64,000 nucleotides of DNA from an uncultured Chloroflexia bacterium (lineage in GTDB: Bacteria; Chloroflexota; Limnocylindria; Limnocylindrales; CSP1-4), in contig OY970218.1 of the NCBI GenBank assembly GCA_963713975.1, positions 896,001 to 960,000 of the forward strand, written 5' to 3'. Positions 41,527 through 51,633 of this stretch are shown here, one piece after another. Made by a program: the position numbers and the translations under genes. The notes beneath the pieces were generated by a model. The model saw only the letters and a list, made by a program, of their open reading frames with translations. It ran no database searches and was not told the DNA's origin. Position 1 is the first letter of the stretch; every line of letters begins with the position of its first letter.

Positions 41527-41616
41527 GGAAGCCGCCACCAGGACCCTCGCGGGGGCGGTGAACCACCGGGCGACCGGTGAGCGCCGCCCCCGGACCCGAG
41601 AGGTCGGGAGGTACCA

Positions 41617-41904
41617 ATGCTCCTGGGACTGATCGCGGGGACGGTCGTCGCCAGCCGCAAGGAGCCCCTCATGGAGGGGTGGCGGCTGCTCGTCGTGCAG
41701 CAGCTCGGGGCGGACTGCAAGCCGACGGGCGGCTACGTGGTCGGTGTCGACACGGTCGGCGCGGGCGTCGGCGAGGTCGTGCTCTATGCCAGCGGCTCCT
41801 CCGCGCGCCAGACCGAGGTCACGCGTGATCGGCCGTGTGACGCCGTGATCATGGCCATCGTCGACACCTGGGAAGTCGGCGGCACGGAGGTCTACCGCAA
41901 GTAG
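41617..41904 (+). CDS. BMC-P pentamer (EutN/CcmL) 1
   Basis: [33 protein letters not shown]. Confidence 0.95.
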   Translation: MLLGLIAGTVVASRKEPLMEGWRLLVVQQLGADCKPTGGYVVGVDTVGAGVGEVVLYASGSSARQTEVTRDRPCDAVIMAIVDTWEVGGTEVYRK

Positions 41905-41906
41905 CC

Positions 41907-43358
41907 GTGGTCGACGAGCGAGAGATCCAGGACATCATCGACCGGACCCGCCGGCGTGTCGGCGAGCCCGGGCCGCAGCTAGCCCGCCGCATGGCGGTCC
42001 AGGCGGAGCTGACGGCGCCTGCCGCGAGCCAGACGGGGGACGGCGTGTTCGCCAGGCTGGACGAGGCGATCGCCGCCGCCGGTGCCGCCTTCCGCTCCAC
42101 GCGGATGGAGTTGGACCAGCGCAAGGTCATCATCGACGCCGTGCGGCGGGCCGCGCTCGACCAGGCGGAGGCCCTCGCCCGCCTGGCGGTCGAGGAGACC
42201 GGTCTGGGTCGCGTGGACGACAAGACGGTCAAGAACCGGCTGGTCGCCACGAAGGCGCCGGGGCCCGAGGATCTCGAGGTCCAGGCCGTGTCGGGCTCCA
42301 ACGGGATGATGATCACGGAGTTCGCCCCGTTCGGGGTCGTGGGTGCCATCACCCCGGTCACGAACCCGGCGGCCACGATCCTCAACAATGCCATCTCGAT
42401 CGTCTCTGCGGGCAACGCGGTGGTGTTCAACCCGCACCCGTCCGCCCGGCGGACGTCGAATGCCGCGGTCCGCCTCGTCAACCGGGCGATCATCGCGGCC
42501 GGCGGTCCGCCCAACTTCGTCGTGTCCACGGCGGAGCCCACGATCGAGTCTGCCCGGACGCTCATGACCCACCCGGACGTCCGGCTGCTGCTCGTGACCG
42601 GCGGTCCCGGCGTGGTGCGCGAGGCCCTGCGCACGGACAAGCGCGCGATCACCGCGGGACCCGGCAACCCGCCGGCCGTGGTGGACGAGACGTCCGACGT
42701 CGAGAAGGCGGGCGCCGACATCGTCCGGGGCGCCTCCTTCGACAACAACATCGTGTGCACGGACGAGAAGCTGGTGATCGCGGTCGCGTCGATCGCGGAC
42801 CGCCTGGTCCGCTCGATGGGCCAGAACGGCGCCTACGTGCTGGCCGAGCACGAGCTGCGCCGCCTGGAGCGCGTGATCTTCACGGAGCTGGGTGACCCGG
42901 GCAGGCCAGGTCACGTCAACCCGGCGTGGATCGGACGAAACGCGGCGCGGATCCTCGCGGAGATCGGCGTGCGGCCGTCCGTGGAGCCACGGCTGCTGGT
43001 GGCGGAGGTGCCCGCGGAGCACAGCCTGGTCTGGACCGAGCAGATGATGCCGGTACTGCCCGTGGTCCGGGTCCCGGACGTCAGCGCCGCCATCGACCTT
43101 GCCGTTCGCGCCGAGCATGGCTTCCGCCACACGGCCTCGATCCACTCCACCAACGTCGGGACGATCACGCGGATGGCGCGCGCGATGAACTGCTCGATCT
43201 TCGTCACCAACGGCCCCAACTTCACGGGCCTGGGCGAAGGCGGCGAGGGCTTCGCGACCGTGTCGATCGCCAGCCCGTCCGGCGACGGCATGACGCGGCC
43301 GCGGACGTTCTCCCGCGAGCGGCGGATCACCGTCGTCGGCGCGCTGCGGATCGTCTGA
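41907..43358 (+). CDS. CoA-acylating aldehyde dehydrogenase (EutE/PduP-like)
   Basis: EETGLGR, PFGVVGAITPVTNP, VTGG, AGPGNPP, SFDNNIVC, EQMMP, EHGFRHTA. Confidence 0.93.
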   Translation: MVDEREIQDIIDRTRRRVGEPGPQLARRMAVQAELTAPAASQTGDGVFARLDEAIAAAGAAFRSTRMELDQRKVIIDAVRRAALDQAEALARLAVEETGLGRVDDKTVKNRLVATKAPGPEDLEVQAVSGSNGMMITEFAPFGVVGAITPVTNPAATILNNAISIVSAGNAVVFNPHPSARRTSNAAVRLVNRAIIAAGGPPNFVVSTAEPTIESARTLMTHPDVRLLLVTGGPGVVREALRTDKRAITAGPGNPPAVVDETSDVEKAGADIVRGASFDNNIVCTDEKLVIAVASIADRLVRSMGQNGAYVLAEHELRRLERVIFTELGDPGRPGHVNPAWIGRNAARILAEIGVRPSVEPRLLVAEVPAEHSLVWTEQMMPVLPVVRVPDVSAAIDLAVRAEHGFRHTASIHSTNVGTITRMARAMNCSIFVTNGPNFTGLGEGGEGFATVSIASPSGDGMTRPRTFSRERRITVVGALRIV

Positions 43359-43360
43359 AG

Positions 43361-44008
43361 ATGCCCACCCGCGTGCCCGACGCCCTGCCGCTGGAGCCCG
43401 CCCTGGCGCTGCTCGAGTTCGCCTCGATCGCCGTGGGCATCGAGGCCGGCGACGCGATGGTCAAGCGCGCGCCGGTGGACGTGGTGCGGGCGGGGACGAT
43501 CCACCCCGGCAAGTTCCTCGTGCTGGTCGCGGGGGCCGTGGCGGATGTCGAGGAGGCGCTTGCAGCCGGGGTCGCCGCCGGTGAATCGTGCCTCGTGGAC
43601 AGCGTGTTCCTGCCCAACATCCATCCCCGGGTCGTGGCGGCCCTGCGCGGCGAACGACGCACCGGGACGGGCGAGGCGCTCGGGATCGTGGAGACGGCGA
43701 CCGTCGCGGCCGCGATCGAGGCCGCGGATGCCGGGGTCAAGGGGGCGGCCGTCGAGCTCCTGGAGCTGCGCCTGGGCGATGGCCTGGGCGGCAAGGGGTA
43801 CCTCCTGTTCGACGGTTCCGTGTCCGACGTGGAGGCCGCGGTGTCCATCGCCGTGGAGCGGATCGACGACGGATCGCTGGGTGCCGTGCCCGGCGGTCGC
43901 TCGCCCATCGCGCGCGTGATCCCCCAGCTCCACCGCGAGATGCGAGCGGAGCTCGAGGCCTCGCCGCGGTTCGGGTCGCGGCTTGGCGCCGGCGGCGGGG
44001 AGTCCTAG
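43361..44008 (+). CDS. BMC-T single-layer tandem shell protein (PduT-like)
   Basis: LLEFASIAVGI..GDAMVK, TIHPGKF, ALGIVET, AADAGVK, GLGGKG. Confidence 0.9.
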   Translation: MPTRVPDALPLEPALALLEFASIAVGIEAGDAMVKRAPVDVVRAGTIHPGKFLVLVAGAVADVEEALAAGVAAGESCLVDSVFLPNIHPRVVAALRGERRTGTGEALGIVETATVAAAIEAADAGVKGAAVELLELRLGDGLGGKGYLLFDGSVSDVEAAVSIAVERIDDGSLGAVPGGRSPIARVIPQLHREMRAELEASPRFGSRLGAGGGES

Positions 44009-44011
44009 GCG

Positions 44012-44296
44012 ATGCAGCTCGCGCGCGTGATCGGGACCGTGGTGGCCACGGTGAAGGCGCCGAACATGGACGGGCTGCGTCTGCTCATCGTCCAGCCGCT
44101 GACCCGCGAACTGGAACCCACCGGGCAGCCGGTCGTCGCCGCGGACGCCCTGGATATGGCCGGGCCCGGGGAGCTGGTATACATCGTCGCCGCCCGCGAG
44201 GCGGCCGAGGCGATGCCGGACCGGTTCGTGCCCGTCGACCACGCGATCGTGGGGATCGTGGATGCGGTCGAGGATCTCGCGGGGCAGCGGCCATGA
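44012..44296 (+). CDS. BMC-P pentamer 2
   Basis: MQLARVIGTVVATVK, AGPGE, DHAIVGIVD. Confidence 0.93.
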   Translation: MQLARVIGTVVATVKAPNMDGLRLLIVQPLTRELEPTGQPVVAADALDMAGPGELVYIVAAREAAEAMPDRFVPVDHAIVGIVDAVEDLAGQRP

Positions 44297-44670
44297 AGCT
44301 GGGCCGGGTCGTGGCGAGCGTGGTGTCCACGATCAAGGCACCGATCTTCGAGGGCCGGGCGATGCTCCTGTGCGAGCTCCTGGAGCCCGACGGGCGCCCG
44401 TCGGGCGGCTACCTCATCGCGCTGGACACCGTCGGCGCCGGAGCGGGCGAGACCGTGCTGATCCTGGACGAGGGGACGAGCGCCCGCCAGATCACCGGGG
44501 CGTCGCACGGGCCACTGCGGACCGTGATCGTGGGAATCGTTGACGCGGTCGAGGGCCCGGCGAGCGCCGTCTCGGAGCCCGCGGCCGCCACAACGTCGCC
44601 GGCTCACGCTGCACGCTCGAGGGCTCGCACCGCCCGTGCGCGGGCCGGGAAGAACCGGGCCACCGGCTGA
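44293..44670 (+). CDS. BMC-P pentamer 3 with basic C-terminal tail
   Basis: MKLGRVVASVVSTIK, DTVGAGAGE, GTSAR, IVGIVD. Confidence 0.92.
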   Translation: MKLGRVVASVVSTIKAPIFEGRAMLLCELLEPDGRPSGGYLIALDTVGAGAGETVLILDEGTSARQITGASHGPLRTVIVGIVDAVEGPASAVSEPAAATTSPAHAARSRARTARARAGKNRATG

Positions 44671-45015
44671 GCCACAACCACGACGTGCGCCAGACGCACG
44701 GTTTCCGGACACCCCCGCCGACAACGTGCGTGCCGGTCACGAGCTTGGCCCAGCCAGGGTCCAGTGGCGCGTCCAGGGGTCTGCGCTCGTGCGCTCGGTG
44801 CACGTGCCAGACCGGCGGGCCCAGAAAGCGTGCATGGGCCGCACGAGCGCTTCGGCAACGCGCCAGGCGCCGCGCGCCGGCCGCACGGGCGTTCGGCGGG
44901 CGCGCTGGCGCGTCGGCAGCACCCGACGCACCGGGCGCGGCAACAGACGACGCACCGCACCCCGAGGACGATCCTGCTCCGGCGCGCTACCCTGCGTGTA
45001 ACGCACGGAGGAACC

Positions 45016-45216
45016 ATGGCCGACACCCCGAAGGCCGGCGACGTCGTCCCGGCCACCACCCGCGAAGAGCTCCTGGTCCAGCACGCCGCCGCCCGGCAGC
45101 GCCGGAATGCGGCGTCGCTCGGCAGCCACGAGTGGGAGCAGGCGAGCCACGACGTGGGCCGGATCGAGGTGGAGATCGCCCAGCTTGAGCGGGCGATGGA
45201 CCCGCCGCGGGTCTAG
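45016..45216 (+). CDS. small helical hypothetical protein (66 aa)
   Basis: GGAGG SD; MADTPK...RIEVEIAQLER. Confidence 0.65.
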   Translation: MADTPKAGDVVPATTREELLVQHAAARQRRNAASLGSHEWEQASHDVGRIEVEIAQLERAMDPPRV

Positions 45217-45322
45217 ACGCGGCAGAGAGGAACCCGAGACCGAGATCCACGCCCTTCCAATCTCGGCATCGGCCGCCGGCCCCCGGACTGGGTTGCCCGG
45301 GGGTCCTGTTATCGTGCGGCCG

Positions 45323-45838
45323 ATGGACGGCGTGGTGCTCGTGCTCAACCAGAACTACGAGCCGCTGAACGTCTGCAACCTCCCGCGGGCGTTCCGTCTC
45401 GTGTTCGGCTCCAAGGCGGAGGTCATCGAGTACGACCACGCCACCATCCGCACCGTCCGCGCCGCCTATCGCGCCCCCTCGGTGATCCGGCTCCAGCACC
45501 AGGTCCGGCGTCCGCGCCCGCGGGTCAAGCTGACACGACGCGAGATCTTCGCGCGCGACCGGCACACCTGCCAGTACTGCGGGCGCATCGCCCACGACCT
45601 CACGCTGGACCATGTCGTGCCGCGCCACCGCGGAGGCAGCCACACTTGGGAGAACCTCGTGGCGGCCTGCAAGCCCTGCAACCATCGCAAGGGCGGCCAC
45701 ACGCCGGAGGAGGCGCGACTGCGGCTTACCCGTACGCCGTTCGAGCCGCGCAGCGACATCTACTCGCTGTTCACGCCCTACCTCGACGACACCCGGAACG
45801 AGGCGTGGCGGACCTACCTGTTCCTCGGCCGGAACTAA
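45323..45838 (+). CDS. HNH endonuclease
   Basis: VLVLNQNYEPL, PSVIRL, RD.HTCQYCG, DHVVP...GG..WENLVAAC..CN..KG. Confidence 0.92.
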   Translation: MDGVVLVLNQNYEPLNVCNLPRAFRLVFGSKAEVIEYDHATIRTVRAAYRAPSVIRLQHQVRRPRPRVKLTRREIFARDRHTCQYCGRIAHDLTLDHVVPRHRGGSHTWENLVAACKPCNHRKGGHTPEEARLRLTRTPFEPRSDIYSLFTPYLDDTRNEAWRTYLFLGRN

Positions 45839-45848
45839 CACCGGCGCC

Positions 45849-47240
45849 ATGATCTCCGAGGATGCCGCCGGGGCGCGCCTTGCCCACGTCGTCCCCGACA
45901 CCGTGATCGAGATCCTCGATGACCTGCGCGAAGCCGGCTACGCGGCCTACGTGGTGGGCGGGTCGCTCAGGGACGCGCTCCTCGACCGCGAGCCGTCCGA
46001 CTGGGACCTGGCGACGGACGCGCTCCCTGGGCGCCTGGTGGAGCTGCTCCACGGCGCCGTCTACGAGAACCGGTTCGGCACCGTGGCGGTTCGCCGCAAC
46101 GACGACGTCTACGAGATCACGACCTTCCGTACCGAGCACGAGTACGCCGATTTCCGGAGGCCGCACCGCGTCGAGTTCGGAACAGACGTCACGGCTGACC
46201 TGGCCCGGCGCGACTTCACTGTCAACGCCATCGCCTGGGGCCGCGATGCCGGGGCTACCGCGGACAAGGCCATCGTGGACCCGTTCGGGGGTATCGCAGA
46301 CCTGGGGCGTCACCTGCTGCGAGCCGTGGGTGATCCGGACGCCCGGTTCCGTGAGGATGCGCTGCGCATGATCCGCGCCGTGCGCCTGGCCGCAGCGCTC
46401 GAGTTCGAGATCGAGCCCGCCACCCTGGCCGCGATCCGCGCCAACGCGTCGCTGGTCGCCCACCTCTCCGGGGAGCGCATCGGCGCCGAGCTGGAGAAGC
46501 TTCTGGCTACGCCAAGGCCGTCGATCGGGCTGCGCCTGGCCCAGGAGACGGGCCTCCTGGCCGTGATCTCGCCCGACCTCGCCGCCCAGTGTGGCATCCC
46601 GCAGAACAAGGTGCCCGGCGAGGACCTCTGGGACCACACGCTCGGGACGGTCGATGCGGCGCCGGCATCGCGGCCCGTGATCAGGCTGGCCGCGCTCCTC
46701 CACGACATCGGCAAGCCAGCGACCCAGTCCGACGGCCACTTCCACCACCACGACGTGGTGGGGGCCCGCATCGCCGGTTCCTTCCTGCGCAGGCTCCGGT
46801 TCCCGCGAGCCGCCGCCGAAGACGTCTCGCACCTCGTCCGCCATCACATGTTCTGGGCCGATCCGGACCTGACCGACGCCGCCGTCCGCCGGTTCCTCAA
46901 GCGCGTGGGCGCGCGTCATCTCGACAACCTGTTCGCGCTGCGTCGGGCAGACGACATCGGCTCCGGCATGGACCCGGACGACCCCGGCCAGCTGCGGTTC
47001 CGGGCCCGGCTCGATGCGGAGCTGGAAGCCGCAGCCGCGCTTGACCGCCACGCGCTCGCCATCGACGGCGATGACCTCATGCGCGAGCTCGGGCTGGAGC
47101 CCGGGCCGATGCTGGGCCACATGATCGACGCCCTCGTGGACCGGGTGATCACGGATCCTGCCCTCAACGAGCGCGCATCGCTGCTGCTCCTTGGACAGGG
47201 CATGCTTGCGGACATGGACGAAGGACCGGGCGACCGATGA
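45849..47240 (+). CDS. cca: class II tRNA nucleotidyltransferase (CCA-adding) with HD domain
   Basis: VGGSLRD.LL, DWDLAT, EITTFR, DL.RRDFTVNA, EDALR, SGERI..E, LHDIGK. Confidence 0.9.
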   Translation: MISEDAAGARLAHVVPDTVIEILDDLREAGYAAYVVGGSLRDALLDREPSDWDLATDALPGRLVELLHGAVYENRFGTVAVRRNDDVYEITTFRTEHEYADFRRPHRVEFGTDVTADLARRDFTVNAIAWGRDAGATADKAIVDPFGGIADLGRHLLRAVGDPDARFREDALRMIRAVRLAAALEFEIEPATLAAIRANASLVAHLSGERIGAELEKLLATPRPSIGLRLAQETGLLAVISPDLAAQCGIPQNKVPGEDLWDHTLGTVDAAPASRPVIRLAALLHDIGKPATQSDGHFHHHDVVGARIAGSFLRRLRFPRAAAEDVSHLVRHHMFWADPDLTDAAVRRFLKRVGARHLDNLFALRRADDIGSGMDPDDPGQLRFRARLDAELEAAAALDRHALAIDGDDLMRELGLEPGPMLGHMIDALVDRVITDPALNERASLLLLGQGMLADMDEGPGDR

Positions 47241-47662
47241 TCGAGCTGCTCCTCCAGGCGGAACGCGCCCTGACCGTCGGAATGGTGGACCAGGCGGAGA
47301 CCCTGTACCGGTCCGCCGTCGCCGCCGACCCGAAGAACTCGATCGCCGTCGTGGGCCTCGCCCGCGTGGCGCTCGAGCGCGGCGACGAGCCCGAGGCCTG
47401 GCGCTTGGCGCGGCAGGCCCTGGTGATCGACCCGGAGAACGTGGCGGCGCAGCGCCTGGCGGGCCGCCTGGAAGAGGTCTACGCCTACCGCGGGCAATCG
47501 CTGCCCGAGCTCGCGGGTGCGGCCGCCTCCGATGGCGTCGGCACGGGCAGCGCACCCGGCGCCTCGCAGGCCGACGTTCCCACGACTGTCCCGGAGGATC
47601 CGGCGCCGCCCACGACGACGCGGGACGTCGTGAGCCGCCTGTTCAGGAGGAGCCGCTCATGA
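47237..47662 (+). CDS. TPR repeat protein
   Basis: Two TPR-like repeats (A..LYRSAVAADP.N; A..LARQALVIDPEN). Confidence 0.75.
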   Translation: MIELLLQAERALTVGMVDQAETLYRSAVAADPKNSIAVVGLARVALERGDEPEAWRLARQALVIDPENVAAQRLAGRLEEVYAYRGQSLPELAGAAASDGVGTGSAPGASQADVPTTVPEDPAPPTTTRDVVSRLFRRSRS

Positions 47663-48669
47663 GGGTCCTGGTCACCGGCGGCGCCGGCTACGTCGGCGGC
47701 GTGTCCGTGGACGCCATCCTGGCCGCCGGCCACGAGGCGGTCGTGCTGGATGACCTCAGCACCGGTCACGAGGCGGTGGTGCCGCCGGCCGCGCGCCTGG
47801 TCCGCGGCAGCTACGGCGACGAGGCCCTGGTGCGCGAGCTGCTCGTGGACGAGCACATCGACGCCGTCCTGCATTGCGCCGCGCGGTCGCTGGTTGGCGA
47901 GAGCGTCGCCAACCCGGCGAAGTACTACCGCGACAACGTCGCCGGCGGGATCGTGCTGCTCGAGGCGGCGAGGTCGGCCGGGGTCGGGCGCCTGGTGTTC
48001 TCCTCCACCGCTGCCGTCTACGGCGTCCCGGCATCCACGCCCATCGCGGAGGACGCTCCGCTCCGCCCGATCAACACCTACGGCGAGACCAAGCGGACCT
48101 TCGAGGGCGCCCTGCACTGGTACGGCGCGGCGTACGGCCTCCGGAGCGTGATCCTGCGCTACTTCAATGTCGCCGGTGCCACAGAGCGCCTGGGCGAGGT
48201 CCACCGGCCCGAGACGCACCTGATCCCCAACGCCCTCCTGGCGGCCGAGGGCGGACCGGCGCTGACGCTCTTCGGCGAGGACTACCCGACGCCGGACGGC
48301 ACACCGGTCCGCGACTACATCCACGTGGCCGACCTGGCCGACGCCCACGTGGCGGCCTTGGAGGCGACGGCGCTCGACGATGCACGGACCGGCCCGGCCC
48401 AGGGTGGCTGCGAGCCCTTGATCTGCAACCTCGGCACATCGGCCGGCTTCTCCGTGCGCGAGGTCCTGGCCACCGCCGCCAGCGTCGTGGGCGACCCGAT
48501 CCCCCACACGGTTGCTCCTCGGCGTGCCGGCGACCCGCCCGTCCTCGTGGCCTCGAATGCGCGCGCGCGCGACGTCCTGGGCTGGGAGCCGCGCCGCTCC
48601 ACCCTCGATGAGTTGCTGGGCTCCGCGTGGGCGTGGCGGTGTGCGCACCCGGAGCGCTACCGGGACTGA
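47659..48669 (+). CDS. galE: UDP-glucose 4-epimerase
   Basis: VTGGAGYVG, VGESV, FSSTAAVYG, YGETK, LRYFN, RDYIHV.DLA. Confidence 0.95.
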   Translation: MRVLVTGGAGYVGGVSVDAILAAGHEAVVLDDLSTGHEAVVPPAARLVRGSYGDEALVRELLVDEHIDAVLHCAARSLVGESVANPAKYYRDNVAGGIVLLEAARSAGVGRLVFSSTAAVYGVPASTPIAEDAPLRPINTYGETKRTFEGALHWYGAAYGLRSVILRYFNVAGATERLGEVHRPETHLIPNALLAAEGGPALTLFGEDYPTPDGTPVRDYIHVADLADAHVAALEATALDDARTGPAQGGCEPLICNLGTSAGFSVREVLATAASVVGDPIPHTVAPRRAGDPPVLVASNARARDVLGWEPRRSTLDELLGSAWAWRCAHPERYRD

Positions 48670-48953
48670 CGGACGCGGCGCGGCGGCGCAGCGGTGCAGC
48701 CGGCTGGCCTCCGCCTGCGCCGAGGCTGCGGGGTGTACCGTTGCGGCGGTTCCGCCACTCGGCCGATACGCCGCGGGGGCGGCTGGAGCAGGTTCAGGGC
48801 CACATGCACGGCAACACCGGCGATCTCGACACGGAGCGGGCGGCGCAGGGCGCCACGATCGGTGGCGCCCCGGCCCTGCCCGGTGACGGCGTGGAGCAGC
48901 CCTTGGGACGAGAGGTGGCTCCCGATCTCGCCGGTTCAGAACGGGAGCCTGCC

Positions 48954-49079
48954 ATGCGATCGCGCCAGCGTGGCCCACGCCCGCTGGTCTTCGTCCTGGT
49001 CCTGACGGGCGTGATGATGGCGTTCGCGATCATCGTGGCCGTGTGGATGTACTGGCTCGCACCCGCACTCACGGTCTGA
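48954..49079 (+). CDS. small single-pass membrane protein (41 aa)
   Basis: GGGAG SD; basic N-terminus followed by a hydrophobic helix. Confidence 0.45.
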   Translation: MRSRQRGPRPLVFVLVLTGVMMAFAIIVAVWMYWLAPALTV

Positions 49080-49129
49080 GGCACCCCAAACTCAGGCCTC
49101 GGCCCGACGTACGCCCGGGGGTGGTCCTG

Positions 49130-51622
49130 CTACGGCACCACGAGGTGCACGGGGTTGCCCTTGATCGCCGCCGTCCACGTGGTGACGTCGTTGGACGTCC
49201 CGCTGCCGGTCATGGCGTACTTGATCTTCCACCACCCGTCCTGGTCGCCCGAATAGTTGGTGGGGATCGGGATGGTGAGCGTGAGCCAGCAGCCGTTGAA
49301 GCTGCCGGTCGTGCTGCCCACGTTCGTGAGGACCGACATGTTGGTGGGCGACGAATTCGAGTTCGAGTTGCACGCGGTGTTGGCACCGCCGGTGGTCCCA
49401 GCGCTTGCCGCGTAGGTGAACTCCGTGTCAGTCCAGCCAAAGGTCGTCGGACGCTGGATGTAGAGCCTCGCCGCGAGCGGGTTGGTGTCTCCGGGATCCC
49501 AGAGGTTGATCTCCAGGAGCTTGCCGGCGTAGAACTCCGGCACCTGGGCGAGGTAGAAGTCCGAGTTCGTGGTGCCGCCATTGGAGGTCAGCGGGGTGAA
49601 CATCTGCATGGCGCCCAGGCCGTAAACCTGTGGCAGCCGGGAGGCCACCGCTTGGCCCTCGGTATTGTCCGCGAAGATCGCGAAGCTCTGCTCCCCGTTC
49701 GTGCTCCTCTGGTCCACCGCGCCCGACGAGGTCGTGTGGACGCGGTAGGTGATACCTCCGGACAGGCCGCTGGCCAGCAGGTACCAGGAGTTGTGGTAGT
49801 CACGGGCGTCGCCGTAGGCCATGTCGTCCCGCTGCAGACACTCGCTGGGGTTGGAGCCACCGGTGGTGCCGCCGCCCATCGAGGAGTCCCTGGCCCTGAT
49901 GTCCTGGAAGGTCGACCCAGAGGTGGTCAGGAGGCTGTCGTCGGAGTTGTCGTAGGGCGTGTTGTTGGGGTCGGTCCAGACCTCGTACCAGGAGCTCACG
50001 GCAGTGGTGCCGCTGAACCATCGGTCACCGGTGCCGCTACCGGCCGCCGTCGCACAGAAGGTCGGGTCGAAGACGAAGATCCTTCCGCCGGACGTCCCGG
50101 CCGGCATCTTGACGGCATAGTTGTAGTAGTTGACCGGGTCGTAGCAGGCGTTGCCGGCAGACGGACAGGTCTGCGCCGCCGTGGACGTCGCCGTGTCGTA
50201 GTACGGCTGGTACGCATCCCCGTTGACGTTCGCCGAGCCCTGGGTGTTCATCGTGGCCCAGAAGCCCCGCGGGTTGAGGACCTGCCCGTTGCCGGCGGGC
50301 GTGCCGAGGTAGCAGCCCGCCACGCCGTTGGCGCACGCCGTGCCGGGTCCACGGAGCCGGTAGGTTGCGGTCGTGGTGTTGGTGGTGGTGGTCTCCGTTG
50401 CCGTGGTCGTCGTGACCGTGTAGTACGGAGTGACCCGGAGCTGGTCCACCTGCAGGTTCACGCTCGCGGTGCTGCAGCCCTTGATGGCGGTCAGGCGGAC
50501 CCGGAAGTTCGCGTCACTGAAGTCGTCACTCGACCAGGAATGGCTTCCCCACGGCGACGTGTTGCTGTTGTTGCCGAGGGTGTAGTCACCACTTGTCGTG
50601 CTCGTCCCGAGCAACCCGGTGTTGACCACCGTGGACCAGTTCGAGCCCCCGTTCCAGGACAGCGACACACCGATCCTGGAATTGGCGCAGGTTGCCGTCC
50701 TGCGCGCGTCGGCGAGCAGGACCTGGAGCCCGACGATGTTGGTTGCCTTGCTCTGGTCGCCCGCGTTGGTCGGGCTCGGCATGGCGACGTCAGCCGGGAT
50801 GGCACTCGAGGACAGGAAGCCGAAGTCACCCCACTCCTGGTTGGCGCCGTTGGATGCGCTCTGGGCGTAATAGATCGTCCCACTGGTCTCATTGGTCTCC
50901 ACGGCCTGGGCCAGGGTCCTGGACGGACTGGTGGGCGTGACAGTCCAGGTGGCCGTTCCCGGCGAGGTCGTCGCGGTCGCGGGTCCCGCCGCCTGCCCGC
51001 TCGAGGTCGATTGAGTCCACGAACCCGGGGGGTCCAACTGCGTCGTCACGTTCGTCATCGTCGCGTTGCGGACGTCACCGAACACGCCGTAGTAGTTCTC
51101 GGGGCTGCCCATTGGCACGGGCAGGGTGTAGAGCGCCTTGGACGACCGGGTCGCCGTGATGTTCTGGATCCCGAACACCCGCATGAAGAACGTGCCCACG
51201 GGCGCGGAGATCGTGACGTTCATCTGGTTCCGGTTCGTTGAGTCCTGGTGGGCGCACATGCCCGGCACGCCTGTCGGGTTGTCGCCGGAGCAGCCCATTG
51301 GCAGCGAGGGGTAGCCGTTCTTGCCGGCCTGCGCCTGAGCATCGTCACGGGCGTCCGTGGGGCGGGTCGGGAGCTGGACGGCGCCGGCGAGCGCGGCGGC
51401 GTCGGCGGCACGTTGCACGCGGAGGGTGTTGGTCCAGTACCAGCTGATGTCGATGACGACCCCGACCAGGCCAATGATCACGAAGATCGCCATCACGAAG
51501 ACGACGAGCATCTGGCCCCGCTGGGCCAGCGTCCTCGCGACGGTCGGCGACGCCGCGGAACGCCGGGGCGGGGTTTCGTTCAAGGCAAGGGTCTCGGTCT
51601 CGACGAGGCTGGTCGCCTGCAT
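49130..51622 (-). CDS. TadG-like pilin/adhesin, large Thr/Ser/Cys-rich
   Basis: RGQMLVVF prepilin site, VIDIS, QRAADAAALAGA, VGTFFMRVFG. Confidence 0.82.
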   Translation of the reverse strand: MQATSLVETETLALNETPPRRSAASPTVARTLAQRGQMLVVFVMAIFVIIGLVGVVIDISWYWTNTLRVQRAADAAALAGAVQLPTRPTDARDDAQAQAGKNGYPSLPMGCSGDNPTGVPGMCAHQDSTNRNQMNVTISAPVGTFFMRVFGIQNITATRSSKALYTLPVPMGSPENYYGVFGDVRNATMTNVTTQLDPPGSWTQSTSSGQAAGPATATTSPGTATWTVTPTSPSRTLAQAVETNETSGTIYYAQSASNGANQEWGDFGFLSSSAIPADVAMPSPTNAGDQSKATNIVGLQVLLADARRTATCANSRIGVSLSWNGGSNWSTVVNTGLLGTSTTSGDYTLGNNSNTSPWGSHSWSSDDFSDANFRVRLTAIKGCSTASVNLQVDQLRVTPYYTVTTTTATETTTTNTTTATYRLRGPGTACANGVAGCYLGTPAGNGQVLNPRGFWATMNTQGSANVNGDAYQPYYDTATSTAAQTCPSAGNACYDPVNYYNYAVKMPAGTSGGRIFVFDPTFCATAAGSGTGDRWFSGTTAVSSWYEVWTDPNNTPYDNSDDSLLTTSGSTFQDIRARDSSMGGGTTGGSNPSECLQRDDMAYGDARDYHNSWYLLASGLSGGITYRVHTTSSGAVDQRSTNGEQSFAIFADNTEGQAVASRLPQVYGLGAMQMFTPLTSNGGTTNSDFYLAQVPEFYAGKLLEINLWDPGDTNPLAARLYIQRPTTFGWTDTEFTYAASAGTTGGANTACNSNSNSSPTNMSVLTNVGSTTGSFNGCWLTLTIPIPTNYSGDQDGWWKIKYAMTGSGTSNDVTTWTAAIKGNPVHLVVP

Positions 51623-51633
51623 GGTCGTACTCA

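Noticed and set aside
45323-45838. HNH as a defence system or mobile element
   Set aside because: Standalone housekeeping-type HNH next to cca; no methylase, ATPase, repeats or integrase
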